Under the pieces are notes generated by a model that did no database searches, was not told where the DNA came from, and worked only from the letters and a program-made list of their open reading frames with translations. The translations under genes were made by a program, and so were the position numbers. From positions 64,686 through 128,685 of the forward strand of contig CAYFHS010000009.1 of the NCBI GenBank assembly GCA_964342815.1: a stretch of 64,000 nt of DNA. Direction: 5' to 3'. This DNA comes from an uncultured archaeon. Lineage in GTDB: Archaea > Thermoplasmatota > Penumbrarchaeia > JASLWR01. Within the stretch, counting starts at the first letter, position 1, and every line of letters starts with the position of its first letter. Positions 39,695 through 50,119 of this stretch are shown here, in pieces.

Positions 39695-40195
39695 CTAAGG
39701 GACTGTATAACAATTATTCCTAAAACCTTTTATCAACCTGCGCAGTCTCTTTTCCCGGTTTCTAAAAAATAGAACTACATCGCTGCTTTTCAACAAATAA
39801 AGGGAATCCTGGAGATCCAGAAGCCTGAATGCCTTTATTATCGCTCTATGTGAATGCAGAACTTTTTTGACGAACTCTTCCAGCGGCAAATCGTCGTTCA
39901 ACGGTATTTTTTCAATTGATTCATTTTCACTATACAGGACAGGAGCAGGTCCCTTGCCCTTTCGTTTTCTATTATTACGTTCTTTCTCGATTACATTATC
40001 CATTCGATCATCTTCTGCCGTTATTCTTTTTCGTGTGACGCGGGTAACGGAAATCCCGCGACGAATATGATAAACGTTTAATTTAATATATAAATGTGAA
40101 GGAGGGGGGTGAGTGAAAGTAAGATTTTTTTGGTTCTGGCTTGGACAATATGGTATTTGCATAGGTCTTCTTATGCAATTTGGAAGCATATCCAC
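39695..40195 (-). CDS. Hypothetical basic protein (true start probably downstream of 40195)
   Basis: ORF fills the gap between neighbours; no recognisable motif. Confidence 0.4.
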   Translation of the reverse strand: MDMLPNCIRRPMQIPYCPSQNQKNLTFTHPPPSHLYIKLNVYHIRRGISVTRVTRKRITAEDDRMDNVIEKERNNRKRKGKGPAPVLYSENESIEKIPLNDDLPLEEFVKKVLHSHRAIIKAFRLLDLQDSLYLLKSSDVVLFFRNREKRLRRLIKGFRNNCYTVP

Positions 40196-40488
40196 AATTT
40201 AAGTTTACTTTTTATTAACTAAAAGTTAACAATACGAAAAGGATGATTGAGAGCAGGAGAGAATTATTAGTATTTAGGATAGCAATTTGGACGACGATTC
40301 GGAAATAGATACCTTGGAGGAAGTAGATTATTGGGATTTACTTTGCTTAAATTCATACTTATTATAAATTGTTCGAGTTTTGTTCTAAAATATATATATA
40401 TGGAAAACTATGTATCAAGAATAAAATGAATCTGTGTTCAATTTCATTAGAAAGCTTGATAAGCCGTTAGCATCCAGGGTGTGTTTCA

Positions 40489-43400
40489 ATGAATATTTCG
40501 ATGATCCGTTTTAATAGATTGCTGTTCAGTACAATGGTCGTATTCACATTATTCGGATTGATACTAAGTTCCAGTCCATTTATGGAAATTGAATATGAGA
40601 TGGGCAGAACCGAGTTTTCCGGTACCAATGATTATGCATGTTTACAGCAGGGAGATGAAAGCGCTGAAGACGTAATTCCCGGATCTCTCTTAAACAGAAA
40701 TGATATTCGACCCATGGTTAATGTACCCCCAACAGCCTCCATCTGGTGTCCGGTGAACGCTTCCACAGTTTTCCCGGTGCTGATGGATGCCAGCAACTCA
40801 ACGGACACCGACGGAACTATAGTGGAATACTGGTGGTCCTTTGGAGACGGTACTCAATATATCGAATCCGATATACTTGCTCCTGACGGGAGCTTTGACG
40901 GAATTACTTCCCATGAATACAGCGATGACGGCCAGTACACCGTTACCCTGAATGTCACCGACAACAACAGTTCGGTCAGCATTAAGGTATCGATTCCGAT
41001 CAACATCGTCAACCGGCCTCCCGTGGCGAAGTTAACGGCCCCCGACACTCTGTATTCAGGTGAAACGCTGTATCTGGATGGCTCCGTCAGTTTTGATCTT
41101 GACGGACAGATTGTAAACCACACCTGGATTATCGACGGGATCATTTATTCTTACAGATCGTTGGAACTGATCAATTTTACCACATTGGGCCTTCATGATA
41201 TTTTGCTTAAGGTAAGGGATGATGACGATAGTGAATCCCAGATATTGCATGAGATAACTATATCGAACAGACTTCCAGTGGCCAGGGCCCGGTACAATCG
41301 TACTTCACACTACTTCAATGGCGTCGTCGAGTTCAATGCTTCGCTTTCCATTGACTATGGTGGTACCATTGTATCATATAAATGGGATCTGGGAGACGGT
41401 ACGACAAAAACGGGAATTATTGTGAGTCACAAATACCTAGAGAGCGGCGTTTACTATGTTACATTGACCGTCACCGATGATCAAGGTGGGAAGGACATAG
41501 ACCAGCTTACCATTGTGGTGGAAAACCTTCCGCCAGTGGCCGACGCAGGTTCAGACATCTCCACCCTCGCGGGACAACCCACAATTCTTTCAGCCTATCG
41601 ATGTTTCGACTCGGACGGAACTGTTGATGAATTCATCTGGGATTTTGGCGACGGGAACTCAGCGCGCGGCATCTCCGTTAACCATGTTTACAACTCACCG
41701 GGTAGCTATTTAGTTACACTTTCAATCATCGACAATATGGGAAGCATGGGTGTTGATACCCTTAATTTAACCGTGATCAATAAGGCACCAGAACCCGAAT
41801 TCAGCGTTGTACCCACAGTTCCGCTACCGGGCCGTAAAGTTATATTCAATGCTGCAGATTCCAGAGACCCGGACGGTCATATCGTATTATATCAGTGGGA
41901 TATCGGTGACCGGAACCCAAGCGTGAAAACAGGCGTAGAGGTTCAGCACGTCTTCAATGAACGGGGAAATTACTCGGTAACTCTATCAATCGAGGATGAG
42001 CTTGGAATGAAGGAAAATCTTACCCGCATTATCATGGTTGATGATATTCCTCCCGTGCCCGATGCAGGACCCGATATAGTGGTGATCCAGGGTACCTTGG
42101 TCCGTTTCAATGCGTCAGGGACCCAGGGACAGGGAGATATTACAAAATATGAATGGGCCTTCGAAGACAAGGGCGGTACAGATGTACTCCTTAGCGGTAT
42201 TTCACCAAGCTACACGTTCCTTGGAACCGGCGAATTCCCGGTTCTGCTTAAGGTGACTGACGAAGGTGGAAAATGGTCCACCGATTCACTTACTATCTCA
42301 GTAAAATCTTCAGGAGGTTTTCATCTTATTAAGGCTTATCCCGGCCCTGAAGAAACCGATGTATTGCCCAATACAATAATCGAATTGGGGTTTTCCGGGC
42401 CGGTGGACCGAACCCTCGTTGATATTCACACTTCGATAAAAGGCGAAGATAATTCGAGCTGTTCCGTAATTATAAATATCTCCAATGACGGAAAACAGAT
42501 CTATTTCATACCCACAGCCCCCCTTCATTTTGGTATGAAATATTTTATCCTCATATCACCTGAACTCACGGACATCTATACCAATAGATTAGTCAGCGGT
42601 ATCAATATTAGTTTCACAGTTATATCCCCCTTTGAACTTATATCCACCTCTATCAGGAATACTTCAGGATTTGATCCCAAGCACAGCATCGAAATCGAGT
42701 TCAATAGAGCCCCGGATGCATCGCAACTTACAGGTTTATTGAGATTGCTCGGCCCGAAGGACACAGAACTGGAGATTGGTATAATTCAGGGTATAGGCGA
42801 TAACAACATTACCATTGTACCGGTAAAACAGTTGGATTTCGATACTTCCTATAAATTGGTAATGGACAATGGTGCAAAATGCCTCCTTGGAGGGCCCATG
42901 GAAGACGATTATCTATTAGAATTCGGCACCAGAAGTGCTTATCAGGGTGAATTGTCATCATCCCGGAAAAATGAAACTCCGATCTGGATGACCTATCTTT
43001 TGGTATCGATATTGACCGTTATATTGATTCTTGCTTTGTATTTTCTGCTTATAAAACGTAAAAGAAAATCGGGAGATTTTTTCGGGAGATTGTCAGTTAA
43101 GAATGAAAAACGGGGGAGTGGTCAAGAACCATTTGATCCATCAGGAAGGAGGAGACGCAGGGAAAGAGAAAGATCAGCAGAGAGGGATCGAACTAGCAGA
43201 AATACCTATGATAGCGGTGGACATTCAGGCCGTGAGAGATCGTCAGAAAGGGATCGAAGGTCCCAACCCGATTCTCACCACAGAGGCAGGCGAAGAGATC
43301 GCATGATAGACGATGATGATGATCGTGTTAGCAGAAGTAGAGGCGGTGTAAGGGAGAGAAGAAAACGTCGTGAAAGAGGAGGAGAACGAAGACATTCGCG

Positions 43401-43779
43401 GGAAAGAGGGGATGATAACCGTTTTGCATTTCGAAGGGATGACTATAGCGAAGGTCGGCGCAGTCGGTATTCCACGGATCAAGATGATTCACATCATTAC
43501 GATGAATACGAGATCAATCCTTACAAGGAAGGTCAATATAATGACCGTAGTGATGACTACTTTTATTTCAAAGATGAAAAAAAGAAGGGCGAGGACCTTT
43601 ATTTCGAAGAGGATGAGGGTAGGGATGATGACTATTACTATGAGGATGAGGGTGGGGATGATGACTATTACTATGAGGATGATGAAGGTGGAGATGAGGA
43701 TTATTACGAAGAGGACGAAAGTCCGGATGATGACTACTATTATGAAGATAATTTCGACTTGGATGATGATTACTATTGA
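40489..43779 (+). CDS. PKD-repeat surface protein (6 PKD, 2 SbsA-like Ig) with TM and charge-segregated low-complexity tail
   Basis: Repeated NxPPVA...DGxIxxYxWxFGDG...Y...G.Y.VTL.VTD; TM LLVSILTVILILALYFLLI-KRKRK; R/S/E-rich then D/Y/E-rich tail. Confidence 0.88.
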   Translation: MNISMIRFNRLLFSTMVVFTLFGLILSSSPFMEIEYEMGRTEFSGTNDYACLQQGDESAEDVIPGSLLNRNDIRPMVNVPPTASIWCPVNASTVFPVLMDASNSTDTDGTIVEYWWSFGDGTQYIESDILAPDGSFDGITSHEYSDDGQYTVTLNVTDNNSSVSIKVSIPINIVNRPPVAKLTAPDTLYSGETLYLDGSVSFDLDGQIVNHTWIIDGIIYSYRSLELINFTTLGLHDILLKVRDDDDSESQILHEITISNRLPVARARYNRTSHYFNGVVEFNASLSIDYGGTIVSYKWDLGDGTTKTGIIVSHKYLESGVYYVTLTVTDDQGGKDIDQLTIVVENLPPVADAGSDISTLAGQPTILSAYRCFDSDGTVDEFIWDFGDGNSARGISVNHVYNSPGSYLVTLSIIDNMGSMGVDTLNLTVINKAPEPEFSVVPTVPLPGRKVIFNAADSRDPDGHIVLYQWDIGDRNPSVKTGVEVQHVFNERGNYSVTLSIEDELGMKENLTRIIMVDDIPPVPDAGPDIVVIQGTLVRFNASGTQGQGDITKYEWAFEDKGGTDVLLSGISPSYTFLGTGEFPVLLKVTDEGGKWSTDSLTISVKSSGGFHLIKAYPGPEETDVLPNTIIELGFSGPVDRTLVDIHTSIKGEDNSSCSVIINISNDGKQIYFIPTAPLHFGMKYFILISPELTDIYTNRLVSGINISFTVISPFELISTSIRNTSGFDPKHSIEIEFNRAPDASQLTGLLRLLGPKDTELEIGIIQGIGDNNITIVPVKQLDFDTSYKLVMDNGAKCLLGGPMEDDYLLEFGTRSAYQGELSSSRKNETPIWMTYLLVSILTVILILALYFLLIKRKRKSGDFFGRLSVKNEKRGSGQEPFDPSGRRRRRERERSAERDRTSRNTYDSGGHSGRERSSERDRRSQPDSHHRGRRRDRMIDDDDDRVSRSRGGVRERRKRRERGGERRHSRERGDDNRFAFRRDDYSEGRRSRYSTDQDDSHHYDEYEINPYKEGQYNDRSDDYFYFKDEKKKGEDLYFEEDEGRDDDYYYEDEGGDDDYYYEDDEGGDEDYYEEDESPDDDYYYEDNFDLDDDYY

Positions 43780-43923
43780 ATTATGATTCGGGCATAGTTA
43801 AAATTGTTCATGATAATCACTGGGACGAATCCGAGGATTACTTTTTTAAATTTTATAAGACTCTATTTCTATTATCGAATCAGATTATGTCATGGGGAAA
43901 GGAATAACAATTGGAGAGTAAGA

Positions 43924-44280
43924 ATGAACCTAGGCTTGAAATATTATCCACTCATTGCGGTCCTTTTAATCGTCCCAGCCGTATTTTCCACAGGCTGTCT
44001 GAATAGTGAAAAATATGACGTGGAAGTACTTATCGATTATCAAAATATATGGAGCGGTACCATTTCCAACGAAGAAGCTGCAAAAAGTGTAGAAGGATAT
44101 GCTTTTGGAAGATACTATCTCACGGGGAATTCCTTCGGCGTGACAATAAAAAAGGAAGATGACAGCATTTACGAACTGACGGTCAGTATAGTATATGAGG
44201 GCAAGGTCCTCGCGAGAAAAACCACCTCTGATTTGTACGGAATAGTTTCTCTGAGCTATACCTTCCCTGACAAAGGCTAG
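43924..44280 (+). CDS. Small putative lipoprotein
   Basis: MNLGLKYYPLIAVLLIVPAVFSTGC lipobox-like signal; ATG 43924 preferred. Confidence 0.6.
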   Translation: MNLGLKYYPLIAVLLIVPAVFSTGCLNSEKYDVEVLIDYQNIWSGTISNEEAAKSVEGYAFGRYYLTGNSFGVTIKKEDDSIYELTVSIVYEGKVLARKTTSDLYGIVSLSYTFPDKG

Positions 44281-46607
44281 ATGTTTTTAATTTTCCTGAG
44301 CGCTAGCAGTATCTTTTCGGCGGTGAACGGGGGTTTTGTAAGTCGCACCCCCACAGCATCGTATATTGCATTCGATATTGCAGGGAGAGCACCGTTTATC
44401 CCAATCTCGGAAACGCTTTTTGCTCCATAAGGCCCTGTTGGCTCATGGGTAGTGACAAGGAATGATACTATTTCCGGAAGATCCGTGGTCCGGTAGATCC
44501 GGTAATTCTTGAAATTGGGATTTAGCATCTGCCCCTGGTCGTTAAAGATATACTCTTCCGTCAAGGCATAGCTGAGACCGTTCAACAGCGCACCTTCGGT
44601 CTGTCCTTCCGCCAGTTTTGGATTGATGGCCTGCCCGCAGTCCGTACCCGAGACGTATTTCAGGCATTTTATTTCTCCTGTTTCGGTGTCAACTTCAACC
44701 TCGACGAAATGTGCGGCAAAAGGCGGGGGCGATTTCTCGGTTATATGCGAGGCTATACCCATTATTTGGTGTTGATCGCTCATGTAAAGAGAATGAAGCG
44801 CAACCTCTTTGAAGGAGACTGATTCTCCCGATTCAACAGAGATTACGCTGCGATCCTTCGTCATCACATGGTCTGGAGATACACCCATCATCTTGGCTCC
44901 TACCTTTTTTATCTGCTTTTTTACTTCCACAGCCGCCTTTCTCACAGCAGTACCTGTTAGATATGTTGTGGAGGAGGCATAAGCACCCACGTCGAATGGG
45001 GTCATGTCCGTATCCGAAGAATACACTATCATATCTCCTGTACTGCAACCCATCTCCTCCGCTGCGATCTGGGCAAGTATCGTATCTGACCCGGTCCCAA
45101 TGTCGGTGGCCCCGATCAATAGATTGAAAGACCCGTCATCGTTCATTTTAATGCTGGCCGCACCCATATCGATCTTGGGTATCGACGAACCCTGCATGAG
45201 GCAAGCTTCACCTATGCCTCGTTTTATTTTATTGTCACCTTGGTTTCGTCCCCATTTTTCTTTCCATCCTATCTCTAGGGCACCCTTGTCGATACACTGG
45301 TCGAGGCCGCAGCTCTCCACGGTTTGAGGGACTCCTTCACCCCCTTCTCCCAAGGCTTCGAAGATCGGGGACGTATCTCCCGTATCGATATGATTCTTCT
45401 TCCTGAATTCAAGCGGGTCCATCCCGATCCTTCTTGCCATTTCGTTCATATTGCATTCCATTGCGAAGGCTGCCTGTGTAGCGCCGTAGCCCCGGTAGGC
45501 CCCGGGAACCGGCAGATTGGTATATACTGCTTCTCCAAGGAACTTGACGTTATCGCACTTGTACAAGGGGAGTACTTTGGAGCCGCAGTTGCAAACCACT
45601 GTCAACCCGTGGGAACCATATGCACCGGTGTTGGACAGGCAGTGCATATCAACAGCGGTAATTTCACCATCAGTGGTGCAGCCTGTTCTCAGGACGGTCT
45701 TTATGGGGTGTCTGGTCCGGGATGAAATGAATTCCTCCTTTCGGCTAAGCTCGCATATTACAGGCTTCCCTATCTTGAGGGCTGCAAGAGCCACCGCAGG
45801 CTCCAGAAGTACCTCCTGCTTGGTTCCGAAACCACCACCTATACGGGGTTTAATAACACGAATCCTCTTCACAGGAATACCAAGGGCCTGGGCTGTTATA
45901 CGTCTTACGTGAAAAGGGACCTGGGTAGAAGTAATAATTAAAATTCTCCCGTCCGGATCTGGAATCGCCAATGATATGTGGGGTTCGATGGGACAGTGCT
46001 GCGCGTAATGAGCATAATATTCATCCTCAACAATAACATCGGCTTTTCTGAATCCTTCTTCCACATCCCCTATTTCCATTCCCACACTCGCTGCAAGATT
46101 GATTTTTGGATCATAGGGCACCGGTATGATCACTCGTGCCTCTTCCTCATCATGAATCACAGGCGTACCTTCTCTCATAGCCTCTTCCATGTCGAGTACA
46201 GCAGGGAGTTGTTCAAATTCCACTTCGATAAGTCCAAGGGCCTCCTTGGCAGTGGTTTCCGATTCCGCCACAACCATAGCCACCCTGTCTCCTACGAAAC
46301 GGACCTTTCGATCCAATATGAAAGAGTCATAGGGCGAAGGTTCAGGATATCCCTGTCCCGCGGTTGTGTGAGGTATCCGTGGGACGTTCTCATGGGTAAA
46401 TATCTCAACTACTCCCGGAAGATCCCTTGCATGCGACGTTTCGATCTTTTTTATACGGGCATGTGCATACGGAGAATTGAGCATTTTCAAGTGCAGCACG
46501 TCTGTATCAGCCAAATCTGCAGTGTACTTGGCCAGACCGGTAACGAGCCCGAGTCCGTCAACCTTAATCTCGTTGTGTCCAACCACTTTCAAGTTATCAC
46601 CGCTCAT
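44277..46607 (-). CDS. Xanthine dehydrogenase-family molybdopterin-binding subunit (XdhD-like)
   Basis: SPYAHARI, QVPF, IGGGFG, AYRGYG, DIGTG, GAKSVSE with catalytic-type Glu. Confidence 0.92.
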   Translation of the reverse strand: MSGDNLKVVGHNEIKVDGLGLVTGLAKYTADLADTDVLHLKMLNSPYAHARIKKIETSHARDLPGVVEIFTHENVPRIPHTTAGQGYPEPSPYDSFILDRKVRFVGDRVAMVVAESETTAKEALGLIEVEFEQLPAVLDMEEAMREGTPVIHDEEEARVIIPVPYDPKINLAASVGMEIGDVEEGFRKADVIVEDEYYAHYAQHCPIEPHISLAIPDPDGRILIITSTQVPFHVRRITAQALGIPVKRIRVIKPRIGGGFGTKQEVLLEPAVALAALKIGKPVICELSRKEEFISSRTRHPIKTVLRTGCTTDGEITAVDMHCLSNTGAYGSHGLTVVCNCGSKVLPLYKCDNVKFLGEAVYTNLPVPGAYRGYGATQAAFAMECNMNEMARRIGMDPLEFRKKNHIDTGDTSPIFEALGEGGEGVPQTVESCGLDQCIDKGALEIGWKEKWGRNQGDNKIKRGIGEACLMQGSSIPKIDMGAASIKMNDDGSFNLLIGATDIGTGSDTILAQIAAEEMGCSTGDMIVYSSDTDMTPFDVGAYASSTTYLTGTAVRKAAVEVKKQIKKVGAKMMGVSPDHVMTKDRSVISVESGESVSFKEVALHSLYMSDQHQIMGIASHITEKSPPPFAAHFVEVEVDTETGEIKCLKYVSGTDCGQAINPKLAEGQTEGALLNGLSYALTEEYIFNDQGQMLNPNFKNYRIYRTTDLPEIVSFLVTTHEPTGPYGAKSVSEIGINGALPAISNAIYDAVGVRLTKPPFTAEKILLALRKIKNI

Positions 46608-47074
46608 TCACTCGCCTCCCGAATGAGCCGGGCCGCCTTTTTTACGGCTCCTATAATTTTCACGTATCCTGTGCAGCGGCAGAGATTTCCATCCAGAGCT
46701 ACTTTTATCTCCTTCTCATCAGGGTCTTCATTCCCATGGAGCAGGGCTTTTACGGCAAGAAGCATACCCGGAGTGCAGAAACCGCATTGTACAGCGCCTT
46801 CCGTAAGAAAGGTTTTCTGCAGTAAGTGCGGTTCATTGGGGGTGCCTAACCCCTCGATGGTGATGATCTCTTTCCCGGTAACGCTCATGGCCGGCAGCAC
46901 ACAGGAATTGAATAACCTACCGTCGACGAGGACCGCACAGGCACCGCAGTCGCCTTTCCTGCAGCCGCGCTTTACCCCCTTGTAACCCTCGCGCCGGAGA
47001 ACATCCAGAAGGTTTTCCTCCGCTCCGATCCTGAAAGTTTTTTCTTTTCCGTTAACGGTGACATACAATTTCAT
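46604..47074 (-). CDS. [2Fe-2S] subunit of Xdh-family enzyme
   Basis: GCRKGDCGAC, NSC, QCGFCTPG, NLCRCTGY. Confidence 0.95.
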   Translation of the reverse strand: MKLYVTVNGKEKTFRIGAEENLLDVLRREGYKGVKRGCRKGDCGACAVLVDGRLFNSCVLPAMSVTGKEIITIEGLGTPNEPHLLQKTFLTEGAVQCGFCTPGMLLAVKALLHGNEDPDEKEIKVALDGNLCRCTGYVKIIGAVKKAARLIREASE

Positions 47075-47916
47075 ACGCTCACCTCGGTGGTTCCTTGGAG
47101 AAGAATCCGCTTCAGCATCACTTTTGCTACCTGGTTGAGATAGTCGGCCCCGTACCTGAAATCAGAAACCTTGAAACCGGGAAGGCATTTATTGATCGCT
47201 TCTTCAATAACCTCTAAATCTTTTGGCCGACCCTCCAATTCACTCTCTAACGCGGACATGCGTACGGGAAGATTGCTTATGGCGGATATAGCGACTCTGA
47301 GATCACTGAAAACAGCGCCCCTTCTATACCCGGCTGCCGCGTTGATTGCGGCAAAATCCCCCTTTGTTTTATTGAAGGTTTTGAATGAAAATAAATAATC
47401 ATTACCGTGAACGGGAATTACCACATTTGTGACTATCTCACCCTTTTCCAATCTTCTTACGGGATTACTGGAATAAAAATCCTCCGCGGAGTAGCTCTTA
47501 GATTTCTTTCCCTCCACGGTAATAATCTCGGCGCCAAGAACCAGAATGCTTACCGGAAGGTCCGACCATCGATATATCATAGTCAGGTTCCCGCCCAGGG
47601 TTACCTGGTTTCTGATGGGAGTCGAACCGATGTTCGAAGCAGTCTCTGCAAGGATACCACAATTCACATTGTTGAGTACTGGGTGTGAAAGAATCTCCCC
47701 AATCCTCACCATAGAACCAAGAATTATTTCTTTATCGTTAATCTCGATTGAATCTGGGGCAATCCTCGAGATATCGACGATCCTAGAAAAATTCTTAAGA
47801 TTCCGAAACCTGAAGGTGGTTCCGCCGGATATCATAAGCACGTTTTCTCCCTTTAGCAGTTCTGACGCTTCCGCCAGCGTCTCTGGGAAAATATATCTTT
47901 CCTTTTTCTTTTCCAT
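47071..47916 (-). CDS. FAD-binding subunit of Xdh-family enzyme
   Basis: P.TLAEA, SGGTT, IRNQVTLGGNL; ATG 47916 preferred. Confidence 0.88.
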   Translation of the reverse strand: MEKKKERYIFPETLAEASELLKGENVLMISGGTTFRFRNLKNFSRIVDISRIAPDSIEINDKEIILGSMVRIGEILSHPVLNNVNCGILAETASNIGSTPIRNQVTLGGNLTMIYRWSDLPVSILVLGAEIITVEGKKSKSYSAEDFYSSNPVRRLEKGEIVTNVVIPVHGNDYLFSFKTFNKTKGDFAAINAAAGYRRGAVFSDLRVAISAISNLPVRMSALESELEGRPKDLEVIEEAINKCLPGFKVSDFRYGADYLNQVAKVMLKRILLQGTTEVSV

Positions 47917-48198
47917 TTTATCGTCTCTGTACAATGATTCAGTCCCATCGAATAGGCCCGAATGGGATTAGGTAATATTATATTTTATCTATCTGTTATT
48001 CATAGGAGTCATTGCTAAAAAAATGCCTTTTATACATAATACAATCAAGAGCAGATAGCAAATGGACTTTTCGAAACCAATAAATACTTTTCTTGTCTAC
48101 AAATAAACTGAGAAATAGCAGAACCGAGCATAGTTAAGAATAATTCAAGCTCGGTTCACTCCATAGGGGGCGCCCAAATCTTCGATTAGCCTTAAGGA

Positions 48199-48552
48199 TT
48201 ACAGTAAGGTGTATTGGCTGATATCCCTTCTCGCGTCAGAAAGTTCCCAGGGCCATATCTGTATAACATACATATAGCGAATGAGCACCCTTTTCAGTGA
48301 TGACCGCAATTTGCTGGTGTCCACAACACCATATGCATCAACAGAAGATGTGGCGTCCGTACCCTCGGCGTGGGGACTTACCTTGGGGGTGTCCCATTTA
48401 AGTTCGACCTTGTAAAGTTCCTTTACGTCCTGGAGAATTACCGTATCGTTGTCAAAATTCTCTAGAACACCCTTTAAAGTGCAACCGTCAATTGTGACCA
48501 CTGCAATCTCTCGCCCCAAAAGCGATTGTAACTTTTCCATCATTAATGACAT
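48199..48552 (-). CDS. Sm/LSm-like protein, divergent
   Basis: LQSLLGREIAVVTIDGCTLKGVLENFDNDTVILQDV resembles Sm1; Sm2-like VLIR follows a long insertion. Confidence 0.6.
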   Translation of the reverse strand: MSLMMEKLQSLLGREIAVVTIDGCTLKGVLENFDNDTVILQDVKELYKVELKWDTPKVSPHAEGTDATSSVDAYGVVDTSKLRSSLKRVLIRYMYVIQIWPWELSDARRDISQYTLL

Positions 48553-48648
48553 ATTTCAACACCATCTGAAATTCATTTATTTATGTACTGGAAGTTTCAT
48601 TATGCATGATTCTATATAAATAATATTTCGTTATTTTAAAGTGCAGAA

Positions 48649-49953
48649 TTACTCCCTCTTTCCGATTTTCTCCAACAAGCCCTTACGGTTGGTATTCAGG
48701 GTAATCCAGCTGTCCATTGTTATTAGTTCCTGTTTTATAAACACAGACTTACCAGGTTGGAGGTCATTGTTAACAAGTACGTGCGGGCCTATAAAACATC
48801 CGGATCCTATGCGCACACCGGGCATAAGACCTACCATAATACCAGTCTTAATTCCCTGTCCCATGATCACACCGAATTTATCCCTTCCTGTATCCACCAT
48901 ACTTTTATCTATCCGAATCCGGATGTCCTTCTCATCGAAGCGATAGTTTGCCGTTGTTGTCTTTGCCCCAAACGAACAATCATCCATGATGATTGAATCA
49001 CCCACGTAATTCTGGTGGAACCAAACATTATCGGCTGTAAAGGTGTTCTTCAGCTCAGTTGAGTAACCGACGACGCTTCTTTCCCCCAAATGGGTCCCTC
49101 CCCAAACCAATGAATTATTACCAATAATGCATCCCTTTCCCAGGTAACAGGGCCCCCTTACAACAGCATGCTCAAAAATCTTAACACCTTTTTCTATGAC
49201 GACTTTTCCGTCTATAATTGCTGTTTCGTGTATATTTGCCGAAGGATCGATGTGTGCTTTGATTATTTTCGAATAGAGGTAATCCCTGATGTCGAAAATA
49301 TGCCATGGGTACTTCAATGGAATCCACGGTCCGGTGTATCTGGTCACTCTGAAATCGTATCCAGCTTTCATCATCATGTCCATTGCCACTTCGTAAACAT
49401 CATCCTTGGATGTTGATGCCTTTTCGATATAGTGGGTAAGATCGTCGAACTTCCTGTGAAGATAAACCCCTATTGACACCAGATCCGAAGGTTCATTTCC
49501 TTCTCCTGGTTTTTCAATCATTCCTGTGATCCGGTCACCTTCGAGAATGAAATAACCGCCTGGGAAATAACTATCTACCTGATATCCGATAAGCTGTGAA
49601 TCCCCAGGTCCATCCAACATGGACTTCAACCCAATTGATTCGAGAATATCCTCTGCATTGATGATCAAAACTTCCTCTCCGCGAACAAGATGAGCACCCG
49701 ACATTATAGCATCCGCCATTCCCTTTGGCCTTTCCTGAACGGCGAATTCAACGGAATCTCCTAGGAGGTCCTTTAATTCGTTAAGGTTTGTGGGACTTGC
49801 CACCACTACAATACGGTTCACACCCGCCTGATTAAGTACGTCGATCTTGTGTAAAATCAGTTCCTTCCCCATGAATTTCAAGAGGCATTTTGCTTTTATG
49901 AGCGGGAACATCCGTTTCCCAATACCTCCGGCCAGTATCATCGCTTTCAACAC
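48649..49953 (-). CDS. GlmU-like sugar-phosphate nucleotidyltransferase/acetyltransferase
   Basis: LAGGIGKRMFP, QERPKGMADA, EKP, C-terminal hexapeptide left-handed beta-helix repeats. Confidence 0.88.
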   Translation of the reverse strand: MLKAMILAGGIGKRMFPLIKAKCLLKFMGKELILHKIDVLNQAGVNRIVVVASPTNLNELKDLLGDSVEFAVQERPKGMADAIMSGAHLVRGEEVLIINAEDILESIGLKSMLDGPGDSQLIGYQVDSYFPGGYFILEGDRITGMIEKPGEGNEPSDLVSIGVYLHRKFDDLTHYIEKASTSKDDVYEVAMDMMMKAGYDFRVTRYTGPWIPLKYPWHIFDIRDYLYSKIIKAHIDPSANIHETAIIDGKVVIEKGVKIFEHAVVRGPCYLGKGCIIGNNSLVWGGTHLGERSVVGYSTELKNTFTADNVWFHQNYVGDSIIMDDCSFGAKTTTANYRFDEKDIRIRIDKSMVDTGRDKFGVIMGQGIKTGIMVGLMPGVRIGSGCFIGPHVLVNNDLQPGKSVFIKQELITMDSWITLNTNRKGLLEKIGKRE

Positions 49954-50119
49954 AACACCTCCGGAATCCCATTATCCAGATTACGATAATCCTATTTAGG
50001 TTCTCCCCAGATTTCAGAGAGGCGATGGATTTTTCCAAACCTGATTTATTATCGTCATCCCAATAAAAAATATGATATATTATAATATGAAATAGGGAAA
50101 ATCCCGGAAGTGAAAAGAA

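Noticed and set aside
47940-48160. Moco riboswitch or ModE site upstream of the Xdh operon
   Set aside because: Only short hairpins (TCCCAT/ATGGGA; GAACCGAGC/GCTCGGTTC at 48121-48157); no recognisable consensus, and more likely a terminator for the Sm-like gene
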